From Candidatus Omnitrophota bacterium (GTDB lineage Bacteria; Omnitrophota; Gorgyraeia; Pluralincolimonadales; Pluralincolimonadaceae): a DNA stretch of 64,000 bases. The stretch is from contig JBAZJG010000002.1 in assembly GCA_041651455.1 (NCBI GenBank), positions 49,431-113,430 of the forward strand. The letters run 5' to 3'. This document shows, in pieces, positions 37,468-45,000 of this stretch. Made by a program: the position numbers and the translations under genes. Within the stretch, counting starts at the first letter, position 1. Each line of letters starts with the position of its first letter. The notes under the pieces are model-generated. The model did no database searches and was not told the DNA's origin. It saw only the letters and a list, made by a program, of their open reading frames with translations.

Positions 37468-37495
37468 CGAGGGTGTCCCCCCGGAGGATGGCTCC
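37468..37495 (-). repeat. REP element (inverted copy of 36773-36800)
   Basis: Exact reverse complement of the upstream 28-mer. Confidence 0.8.
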
Positions 37496-37507
37496 TTCTC
37501 TTTTTTC

Positions 37508-37540
37508 TTGACAAGTTATTGTGATTATGATAACTATAAT
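37508..37540 (+). promoter_or_regulatory. MerR-type-like promoter: -35 TTGACA (37508-37513), long 21-nt spacer containing the palindrome AGTTAT-N10-ATAACT (37514-37535), -10 TATAAT (37535-37540)
   Basis: Read from the sequence. A second identical-arm palindrome lies at 37568-37589 in the 5' leader of the downstream MerR-like gene. Confidence 0.45.
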
Positions 37541-37567
37541 ACAAAATATATGAATCATAAGAATAGC

Positions 37568-37589
37568 AGTTATGGTAATTACAATAACT
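37568..37589 (+). promoter_or_regulatory. Second AGTTAT-N10-ATAACT operator-like palindrome
   Basis: Arms identical to those of the palindrome at 37514-37535. Confidence 0.4.
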
Positions 37590-37613
37590 CTGTGAGGGAA
37601 GAAGCTCTATAAT

Positions 37614-37883
37614 ATGGGCCTAAAGCAGAAGCTTATATCCGCGCAGGAGATCATCAAGAAGTACGGCATAACCTACCAGACCGTAAACCACTATACGAAT
37701 TTCGGGCTCATCAACGTAATCACGAAAAAATCGAACGTCAGGCTCTACGACGAGGAAGAGGTGGACCGCCGCCTCACGAAGATAATCCAGCTCGCCGGGG
37801 CGGGCTTCCCGCTGCGGCTTATAAGGAAGACGTTAAACGACGAGCTCGCGGTGAAGGTCAACACCGGGACGGGTGGAGCATGA
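37614..37883 (+). CDS. Small MerR-family-like HTH protein (89 aa)
   Basis: ISAQEIIKKYGITYQTVNHYTNFGLI matches the MerR N-terminal HTH pattern (IxEvaxxxGvsxxTlRyYexxGLl). Confidence 0.55.
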   Translation: MGLKQKLISAQEIIKKYGITYQTVNHYTNFGLINVITKKSNVRLYDEEEVDRRLTKIIQLAGAGFPLRLIRKTLNDELAVKVNTGTGGA

Positions 37884-38749
37884 GCTACTTCAAGATACTG
37901 GGATTGGAGAAAGAGCCGTTCTCGACAAGCCCCGACCCTGAGTTCTTCTACCAGTCGCCGGAGCATAAGTCGGCGCTCTACCGGCTGCGCATCGCGATAG
38001 AGCTCAGAAGGGGCCTAAGCCTTGTGCTCGGAGATGTCGGGACCGGCAAGACGACATTGAGCAGGAAGCTCTCGCAACTCCTGTCCGAAGACCCGGGCCT
38101 CGTTATGGCGATGGTCCTTAATCCCGTATATGAATCTGAAAAGCAATTCTTGGCAGACCTTTCGGAGCGCTTCCATATTGTGGTGGATTCGGGGAATGGG
38201 AGCGCTCCAACGTTATTGGACTACATGAAGTCGTTCGAGAAGTTCCTGTTCGAGCAGGGGGTCCAGCAGGACAAGACGGTAGTCCTGCTCATCGACGAAT
38301 CCCAGAAGCTCAGCGACCCGTGCATGGAGATCCTGCGCGCGCTGCTGAACTACGAGACGAACGAATACAAGATCCTGCAGCTCGTGCTTATGGGGCAGAT
38401 GGAGCTGCTGCCCCGGATAAGCAGGATAAACAACATCTGGGACAGGATAGCGGTCAAGTATTTCATTAATCCGCTAGAGGAGGACGAGGTACGGGAGCTC
38501 ATAAACTTCCGCCTGCGGATGGCCGGGTACGTCTCGAGGCAGCCGCTCTTTGACGACGCGGCCATAAGGGCGGTCTTTAACCATACGCAGGGATATCCTC
38601 GCAAGATCGCGATGCTCTGCCACGACGCGCTCGAATACACGGTGATGTACAACAGGCACTGCGTCGACAGGCAGGTCATACATGACCTTATTCAACGCGA
38701 GATGAAAGCGGTGCAGGCGTTCCGCTATGTCTCGCAGGCGGCGGGCTGA
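37880..38749 (+). CDS. ExeA/GspA/MshM-like AAA+ ATPase (secretion/pilus assembly)
   Basis: Walker A LGDVGTGKTTL and Walker B VVLLIDESQ; ExeA-like length and layout. Confidence 0.8.
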   Translation: MSYFKILGLEKEPFSTSPDPEFFYQSPEHKSALYRLRIAIELRRGLSLVLGDVGTGKTTLSRKLSQLLSEDPGLVMAMVLNPVYESEKQFLADLSERFHIVVDSGNGSAPTLLDYMKSFEKFLFEQGVQQDKTVVLLIDESQKLSDPCMEILRALLNYETNEYKILQLVLMGQMELLPRISRINNIWDRIAVKYFINPLEEDEVRELINFRLRMAGYVSRQPLFDDAAIRAVFNHTQGYPRKIAMLCHDALEYTVMYNRHCVDRQVIHDLIQREMKAVQAFRYVSQAAG

Positions 38750-38750
38750 T

Positions 38751-39425
38751 ATGGCCGATACCGTATCTCCCGAAGAGAAGCTCTTTAATATAATCAAGGA
38801 AGGGAAGGATTCCGGCTCCGGCGGTGGAGTTTCAAAACCGAAGAATTCCTCGGCAATACTCGGGGGGATAAAGAAATTCTTCGGATCTTTGAAACTTCAC
38901 CCCGGCGCTAATAAGCAGGACGCTGCGGCGGCATCCGCGGCGCCCCGGATCGACATAGACCCGGGATCGGTAAACAGGGTGCTGTCGATAGTCCTGCTGG
39001 CGGTCGCGAGCTTCTTCGTATATTACCTTTTCAGCACGCGGCCCGATGCGGATAAGATAATAAAGTCCGTCCCGAAAACGGATACGGCCCTGAAGGCCGA
39101 GGTCGAGAGATTCGCTCCGCTGGAATCGTACCTCGCGGAGGCCAGGAGGAGGAACATCTTCAAACCGGTCCCGAAGGACGAGGGCAAAGCGACTCCGACA
39201 TCGAGAGAGGCGATGGAAAAACTGAAAGAAGCCGCCCGTGACCTGAAGGTCGTCGGGATCTCCTGGGGAGAGACCCCGAAAGCGCTGCTCCGCAGCGAAA
39301 AGGACAAGACGACATATTTCCTGAAACAGGGCCAGCAGGTCGGGACGATGGACGTGGATATAAGGACGATAACTAAGCAGAAAGTAACGATAGGATACAA
39401 GGCGGAAGAGTATGAGCTGCCTTAA
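38751..39425 (+). CDS. Bitopic membrane protein, candidate GspB/PilP-like partner of the ExeA-like ATPase
   Basis: Single TM (VLSIVLLAVASFFVYYLF) with a beta-rich periplasmic C-terminus; placed between exeA-like and secretin genes. Start trimmed to M9 to avoid overlap. Confidence 0.4.
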   Translation: MADTVSPEEKLFNIIKEGKDSGSGGGVSKPKNSSAILGGIKKFFGSLKLHPGANKQDAAAASAAPRIDIDPGSVNRVLSIVLLAVASFFVYYLFSTRPDADKIIKSVPKTDTALKAEVERFAPLESYLAEARRRNIFKPVPKDEGKATPTSREAMEKLKEAARDLKVVGISWGETPKALLRSEKDKTTYFLKQGQQVGTMDVDIRTITKQKVTIGYKAEEYELP

Positions 39426-39438
39426 AGGAGAAGCAAAT

Positions 39439-41043
39439 ATGAAAAGATTCGCAGGGTACGCGTTAATGGCCGCGGCGTTGCTGGTCGCCGCCGCGGCGGC
39501 ATGCCAATGGCCGCTCCCGCTTTCGGCGCAGAGCATTTCGGGCGAGCCGCGGAAGACGCTTTCGCAGTATGATTTCGAGGGGCTCTCGAAGAAGGTCTCC
39601 CTCGACCTGCGCGCGATGGACATGGTCGACGTCCTGAAGTTCCTCGCTATAGAGGGCAACCTGAATATCGTCGCCGGCAAGGAGGTCACCGGTCCGGTCA
39701 GCCTGCTGATAAATGATGTGGCCATAGGCGACGCGCTCGAGATGATACTCGCGCTGAACAATTTCGCGTATGAGGTGCAGGGCGGCATAATCAAGATAAT
39801 GCCTGCGAAGGACTACAAAGCGCTTTACGGCGTCGACTTCTACGACCAGAAGAAGACCGTGATACGCCGGCTGAAATACGCGTCCGCGAAGAACGTGGCG
39901 ACGATGATGGGAAGCGTCAAGAGCGACATCGGCAAGATAATCTACGACGATTCGACCGGGACTATAGTCATGATAGACACGCCCGCGAAGATCGCGGAGA
40001 TGGAGGAGATAATTAACGCGTCCGAGATGCCGACCGTCACGAGGATCCTGCCTACCGAGACGAAGGTCTTCGAGCTCAAGTACGCGCTCGCGGACAATAT
40101 TAAGGAGGAGGTCTCTAAGTCGCTGACCACGGATATCGGGACGATGCGCCTCGACAAGAGGACCAACACTATAGTAGTGACCGACCTGCCGCACCAGATG
40201 AAGAAGATAGAGACGGTCATAAACGCGTTCGACAGGAAGACGAGGGAGGTCTTTATCGAGGCGAAGATCGTAGAGGTCACGCTCTCCGACATGTTCCAGT
40301 GGGGAATCGACTGGAGCTATATATCGCAGTATACGCGCAAGATAAACGGGGAGAACAGGAGCTACCGAATAACTCCCGAGGCGAACCTTCCCATCGGGCT
40401 GACCGGCACATACGGCCAGCTGACGCTCGCCTCGATAAACACGGCGAACCTCGCGATGACCCTGCAGGCGCTTGATACCGTCGGCGAGACGAAGATACTT
40501 TCGAACCCGCACCTGACCGTCGAGGAGAACAGGGAAGCGACTATCAAGGTCATAGAGAAGCAGCCATACCAGCTCGAGACGACGACCACCGCTTCCGGAG
40601 GCACCACGACGACCTCGAAGAACTACGAGTTCGTGGACGTCGGCGTCACGCTCAATGTCAAGCCGCTTATAAACGAGGACGGTTTCATCAGCATGGTCAT
40701 AAAGCCCGAGGTCAGCTCGATATCGACCTGGTACGGCGGGGCCGCGCAGGCGGCGGGCTCGGTCCCTGTAGTCAAGTCCGCGAACGCCGAGACGACGGTC
40801 ACGATAAAGGACGGCGTCAGCATAATCATCGCCGGCCTTATCAAGGATAACAAGACGAAGACGGTCAACAAGCTGCCGGTCCTCGGCGACCTGCCGCTCG
40901 TGGGGCTGCTCTTCAAGAACATCAGCGATGACATCCGCAGGACGGAGACGGTCGTATTCCTAACGCCTAGGATAGTGCACGGCGACCAGCCGTTCCTGAT
41001 GGAGAGGGACACTGCGAAACCGACAAAGGGAATAAGAGAATAA
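39439..41043 (+). CDS. Secretin (GspD/PilQ/MshL family)
   Basis: Signal peptide from the ATG at 39439, which has an AAAGGAG Shine-Dalgarno. C-terminal secretin motif VNKLPVLGDLPLVGLLFKN...TETVVFLTPRIV. Confidence 0.85.
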   Translation: MKRFAGYALMAAALLVAAAAACQWPLPLSAQSISGEPRKTLSQYDFEGLSKKVSLDLRAMDMVDVLKFLAIEGNLNIVAGKEVTGPVSLLINDVAIGDALEMILALNNFAYEVQGGIIKIMPAKDYKALYGVDFYDQKKTVIRRLKYASAKNVATMMGSVKSDIGKIIYDDSTGTIVMIDTPAKIAEMEEIINASEMPTVTRILPTETKVFELKYALADNIKEEVSKSLTTDIGTMRLDKRTNTIVVTDLPHQMKKIETVINAFDRKTREVFIEAKIVEVTLSDMFQWGIDWSYISQYTRKINGENRSYRITPEANLPIGLTGTYGQLTLASINTANLAMTLQALDTVGETKILSNPHLTVEENREATIKVIEKQPYQLETTTTASGGTTTTSKNYEFVDVGVTLNVKPLINEDGFISMVIKPEVSSISTWYGGAAQAAGSVPVVKSANAETTVTIKDGVSIIIAGLIKDNKTKTVNKLPVLGDLPLVGLLFKNISDDIRRTETVVFLTPRIVHGDQPFLMERDTAKPTKGIRE

Positions 41044-41062
41044 GGTGAAGGAGGTGTTGAAT

Positions 41063-42094
41063 ATGAGGAAGGATTTCGCGCTTTTGCTGCTGTGTTTCAT
41101 GCTTACAGCGCATGCCGCGGGTGCCGACGACATCGATGACGTCATAAACAGGAACCTCACGATGCGGCAGCAGGTAGACGCGCTCGAGACAAAATGTTCG
41201 TCGCTCGAGAACGAGAGGGACGTGCTGATCTCGAGGGTAAAGGAGCTGCAGAGGAAGAACGACCTCCTCGCAAGAGGCGAGGCCGCCAAGGGCATAACGG
41301 TGACCCCGGCGGAGCTAAATGAGCTCAAGAAGAAGCTCGACGACGCCTCGAAGAAACTCTCCTCGGTCATGAAGGAGAGGGAAGCGATGCAGAAGGACCT
41401 CGATAAGGCCCAGAAGCAGCTCTCCGACATGGATAAGAAGATCGCCGCCGAGGTCCAGAAGAGGATCAAGGACATAAAGGCCGTGCCGGCGGGTTCCGAC
41501 AGGTCCGAGGCGATAAGGGCGCTTCAGCAGGAGAACGCCGCGCTGCAGGACGAGATAAACAGGCTGAAGGACGCGCTTAAAAAACAGGGGCAGCCGGCTG
41601 CCGGGCCGGGCAGCGACGTGAAGCCGGTGAAGACAAGGCAGCCGCAGGCGGACGCGGGGGATATCTCACAGGCCGAGGTCCTAAAGGTGCAGCTCGACAA
41701 GCTCGAGTCAGACCTGAAGAACGCGCAGAAGAACGCGGACGACGCGAAGAAGGAGAAGCAGGCCGCGGCGGCGCAGGCGAAGAAGATGAAGATAAAAACG
41801 GACAAGGAGAGGCTCGACATGCATTTCAACCTTGCGGTCGTCTATGAGAAGAACGGCATGTATGCCGACGCAGAACGGGAGTATTACAAGTGCCTCCAGA
41901 TAGACCCGAACGACGCGGAAGTCCATTACAACCTCGGCATTCTCTATGACGACAGGATGAACAAAACGAGCGCCGCGCTCGTGCATTACAAGAGGTACCT
42001 CGAGCTGAGGCCGAAGGGAGAGAGCTCGGAGGAAGTAAGGCAGTGGATATTCAACGCCGAACAGGAGGCGAGGTTGGGAGTGGAAGCGAGATAG
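41063..42094 (+). CDS. Secreted coiled-coil plus TPR protein (MshN/PilF-like pilus-assembly candidate)
   Basis: Signal peptide, long coiled coil, and C-terminal TPR repeats (AEREYYKCLQIDPNDAEVHYNLGILY). Confidence 0.55.
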   Translation: MRKDFALLLLCFMLTAHAAGADDIDDVINRNLTMRQQVDALETKCSSLENERDVLISRVKELQRKNDLLARGEAAKGITVTPAELNELKKKLDDASKKLSSVMKEREAMQKDLDKAQKQLSDMDKKIAAEVQKRIKDIKAVPAGSDRSEAIRALQQENAALQDEINRLKDALKKQGQPAAGPGSDVKPVKTRQPQADAGDISQAEVLKVQLDKLESDLKNAQKNADDAKKEKQAAAAQAKKMKIKTDKERLDMHFNLAVVYEKNGMYADAEREYYKCLQIDPNDAEVHYNLGILYDDRMNKTSAALVHYKRYLELRPKGESSEEVRQWIFNAEQEARLGVEAR

Positions 42095-43282
42095 ATGAAG
42101 ACAAGCTTCGCGGTATTATACGCCTTGGTCATAATAATCCCGACGGCGCTGCTTGCGTATTTCGGGCTGCTGGCGGTGCGAAGCGAGAAGTCGATCGTCG
42201 AGAGGAACATGATGCAGAAGTACGAGGCGATGGCAGGCCTCGTGGAAGGCGAGTTCAATAAAGCGCTTTCGGAGGCGCAGAAGGACCTTCTCGATAACCC
42301 GAAATACGTCGAGCATATGATCATAGAGCAGTCGGCGATATTCAAGGAAGACGTCGCGATACTCGACATGAACGGTAAGTCGCTCAGCGACGAAAGGGGA
42401 TCGGGACCGGTCTTCGTAAAGCAGGTAAAGGGATTTCCGTACCAGATAGCGGTATACGAGCGTTACCCGGTGGTCCTCAGCAAGATAAACGAAAGGCGGC
42501 AGAACCTATCCTTATATATCGGCATCATATATATATCCGCGTTCATGATATTGAGCGGGGCATTCGTGACGCTCTGGGCATTGTCGAGGCAGTGGAACCT
42601 GGCGCACATGAAGAACGAGTTCGTCTCGCACCTCGCGCATGACCTGCGCAGGCCGCTTACTTCGATACGCATGTTCTCCGAGATGCTGAAGACCGGGCGT
42701 GTCGCGGACGACGGGAAAAGAGCGGAATATTACGGCATAATATCGAACGAAAGCGAGAAACTCACGTTGCTCGCGAACAATATACTCGATTTTTCGCGCA
42801 TAGAGATGGGGCGCAAGAATTACAGGATAAAGAAGGAAGACATCGCGCGCATAGTCAACGAGACGGTGGACAGGTTCAGGTCGTATATGGTCGACGTCCC
42901 GCGCCAGGTCTCCGTGGACATCGAGGAAGGCCTTCCGCCGGTAAACGCCGACGAGAGCGCGATATCGCAGGTCGTGATGAACCTGCTCACGAATGCGGCG
43001 AAATATTCCTCGCAGGACAGCATCATCAGCGTTAAAGTCGCGCGGACGGACAGGAGCGTCGCGGTCAGCGTCGTCGACCACGGCATAGGCGTCCCGAAGG
43101 GCGAGTTGAAGAGGATATTCAGGAAGTATTACCGCGTCGAGCAGGACAAGGTCTCATCCACCGAGGGAAGCGGCCTCGGGCTCACGCTCGTAAAGTATAT
43201 CGCGGAAGCCCACGGCGGGCAGATACGCGCGGAGAGCGAAGAAGGAAAGGGCAGCAGGTTCACGCTGATATTACCGGTATGA
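42095..43282 (+). CDS. Sensor histidine kinase (2 TM, HisKA plus HATPase_c)
   Basis: H-box FVSHLAHDLRRPLTSI; N, G1 and G2 boxes (NLLTNAAKY, DHGIGVP, GSGLGL). Confidence 0.85.
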   Translation: MKTSFAVLYALVIIIPTALLAYFGLLAVRSEKSIVERNMMQKYEAMAGLVEGEFNKALSEAQKDLLDNPKYVEHMIIEQSAIFKEDVAILDMNGKSLSDERGSGPVFVKQVKGFPYQIAVYERYPVVLSKINERRQNLSLYIGIIYISAFMILSGAFVTLWALSRQWNLAHMKNEFVSHLAHDLRRPLTSIRMFSEMLKTGRVADDGKRAEYYGIISNESEKLTLLANNILDFSRIEMGRKNYRIKKEDIARIVNETVDRFRSYMVDVPRQVSVDIEEGLPPVNADESAISQVVMNLLTNAAKYSSQDSIISVKVARTDRSVAVSVVDHGIGVPKGELKRIFRKYYRVEQDKVSSTEGSGLGLTLVKYIAEAHGGQIRAESEEGKGSRFTLILPV

Positions 43283-43306
43283 GGGTGTCCCCCTTGAGGA
43301 TGGCTC
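43281..43306 (+). repeat. REP-like element copy (gagggtgtcccccttgaggatggctc)
   Basis: Differs at two positions from the 37469-37494 copy; sits at the stop of the kinase gene. Confidence 0.6.
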
Positions 43307-43312
43307 TGAAGA

Positions 43313-43987
43313 ATGCATAAGATACTGGTAGTCGAAGATGACAGGAACATACTGAAGGGGCTCGTCGACAACCTTGAGATGGAGGGCTATAAGGTCGTGA
43401 CGGCTCCGGACGGCGAGGCCGCGCTCAGGAAGGCGAAAGAGGCCGCGCCTGACCTGGTCATACTCGATATCATGATGCCGAAGATGAACGGTTTCGACGT
43501 ATGCCGGCAGCTTAAGGCGAAAGGCAGCACATTGCCTATAATAATACTCAGCGCGAAGGCGCAGGAAGCCGATAAAGTGCTCGGCCTCGAACTCGGAGCC
43601 GACGATTATGTTACTAAGCCCTTCAGCCCCAGGGAACTGCTTGTCAGGATAAAGGCGGTGTTGAGGAGGGCCGGCGCCCCGGCAAAGGTCAAGGACGTCT
43701 ATGATCTTGGCGGCATCAGGATAGATTTCAGCAAATACCTTATATATAAGGAAGGTAAAGAGGAGAAGCTCACCGCCGCGGAATATAAGATACTGAAACT
43801 GCTTATTGCCAACGAGGGTGAGCCGGTCAGCAGGCACACGATACTGGCGGAGATCTGGGGCGAGGACGTCACATCCCGCACGGTCGATACCCATATCTGG
43901 AGCCTGAGGGAGAAGATGGAGGAGGATCCGGGGAAGCCGAAGCACATCATCACGGTGCACAGGATAGGGTATAAGTTCGTGGAATAA
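43313..43987 (+). CDS. Response regulator, OmpR/PhoB family
   Basis: Receiver motifs (DLVILDIMMP) plus a winged-helix Trans_reg_C (TVDTHIWSLREKM). Confidence 0.9.
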   Translation: MHKILVVEDDRNILKGLVDNLEMEGYKVVTAPDGEAALRKAKEAAPDLVILDIMMPKMNGFDVCRQLKAKGSTLPIIILSAKAQEADKVLGLELGADDYVTKPFSPRELLVRIKAVLRRAGAPAKVKDVYDLGGIRIDFSKYLIYKEGKEEKLTAAEYKILKLLIANEGEPVSRHTILAEIWGEDVTSRTVDTHIWSLREKMEEDPGKPKHIITVHRIGYKFVE

Positions 43988-44007
43988 TAGATTATTACGG
44001 AGGATGC

Positions 44008-44880
44008 ATGAGGCGGATACTATTTTTTATTATGATGTTTATTGCTTTAGGGTGGCTCCGAGCGGGATGGTCCCTTCCGGGGGACGCTGCGCAGCCCCAG
44101 GATTATGTCGTGGCGACGGTCGGGAATGAGAAGATAATGTTCTCAGAGATACAAAAAGCGGCGGAGGGGCTGAACAGGTTCCTGAAAGAGAACTTTAGCG
44201 GGTACAGGGAATACAGGCTGGATTTTATCAGGCAGTATGTGGCCAGGTATGCCTTGGCAAAGAAGGCGCTCAGGGAAGGCCTGGACAAAGATAAGGATGT
44301 CCAATACTCCATCGAGCAATCGAGGAGGACGATACTATCCGATAAGCTGATTTCGGAACGGTTAAATAAAGTGGAATTCACGCAGGAAGACGTAAAAAAA
44401 TATTATGAAGAGAACAAGGAGCGTTACAAAACCCCCGAAAAAGTGAAATTGAGCTATATAAAGAAGAGCGGCAAGGCTGAAGCGGAGAAGATATCCGCGC
44501 GGCTGAATAAAGGGGAGAGCTTCGAAAAGGTCGGCCGTAAGGAGATCGTCAAGCTGGACAAGTGGATATCCGCAGGTTCGCTGCCGGAAGTGCCGGACCT
44601 GCTGAATATCGACCAGGCCTCGCTTAACCGGGTGGTATCGCTCGGCGTAGGAGGGTGCAGCCAGGTCATAACGATACCGGAAGGCCTTGCCCGGAAGGAG
44701 ATGTACTTCATATTCCGCGTTGACGCAAAAGAGGCGGCGAAGGATAGGCCGCTCGAGGAAATCAGGGGACAGGCCGAACTCGAATATGCGGGTATGTTAA
44801 GGAACAAGATCGTGAACGAAGTCATTATGGAAACCTTTAAGGAAGAGAAGGTCTCCATAAACGAAAAGGAAATAAAATAA
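44008..44880 (+). CDS. Periplasmic peptidyl-prolyl isomerase/chaperone, SurA/PpiC (parvulin)-like
   Basis: Signal peptide, SurA_N-like helical region and a parvulin-like segment; moderate resemblance only. Confidence 0.5.
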   Translation: MRRILFFIMMFIALGWLRAGWSLPGDAAQPQDYVVATVGNEKIMFSEIQKAAEGLNRFLKENFSGYREYRLDFIRQYVARYALAKKALREGLDKDKDVQYSIEQSRRTILSDKLISERLNKVEFTQEDVKKYYEENKERYKTPEKVKLSYIKKSGKAEAEKISARLNKGESFEKVGRKEIVKLDKWISAGSLPEVPDLLNIDQASLNRVVSLGVGGCSQVITIPEGLARKEMYFIFRVDAKEAAKDRPLEEIRGQAELEYAGMLRNKIVNEVIMETFKEEKVSINEKEIK

Positions 44881-44905
44881 AGGTGTCCCCCGGGTGCATG
44901 GCCCC
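44881..44905 (+). repeat. REP-like element copy (aggtgtcccccgggtgcatggcccc)
   Basis: Shares the GGTGTCCCCC core with the other REP copies; immediately follows the stop codon. Confidence 0.5.
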
Positions 44906-44911
44906 GAAAAC

Positions 44912-44933
44912 CTTGACAGTTTCTTGACAGTTT
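44912..44933 (+). repeat. Tandem duplication of an 11-bp -35-like box (CTTGACAGTTT x2) upstream of the giant gene
   Basis: Read from the sequence. Confidence 0.5.
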
Positions 44934-45000
44934 ATTGAGATGGGGATGACAACAAAATACGAAGGATATGGCATGCTTGTAGCAGACAAAGGAGCTTACA

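Larger units (their letters stand above)
36773..37495 (+). mobile_element. REP-associated tyrosine transposase (tnpA_REP, IS200/IS605 Y1 family) flanked by perfect 28-bp inverted REP copies
   Basis: GGAGCCATCCTCCGGGGGGACACCCTCG at 36773-36800 and its exact reverse complement at 37468-37495. The enclosed gene is about 40% GC, against roughly 58-60% for the surrounding genes. Confidence 0.75.

Noticed and set aside
37346-37612. 88-aa ORF overlapping the transposase 3' end and the AT-rich promoter region
   Set aside because: It spans the REP element and the promoter/operator region, has no Shine-Dalgarno, and is low-complexity (NYNTKYMNHKNSSYGNYNNS). Most likely spurious.
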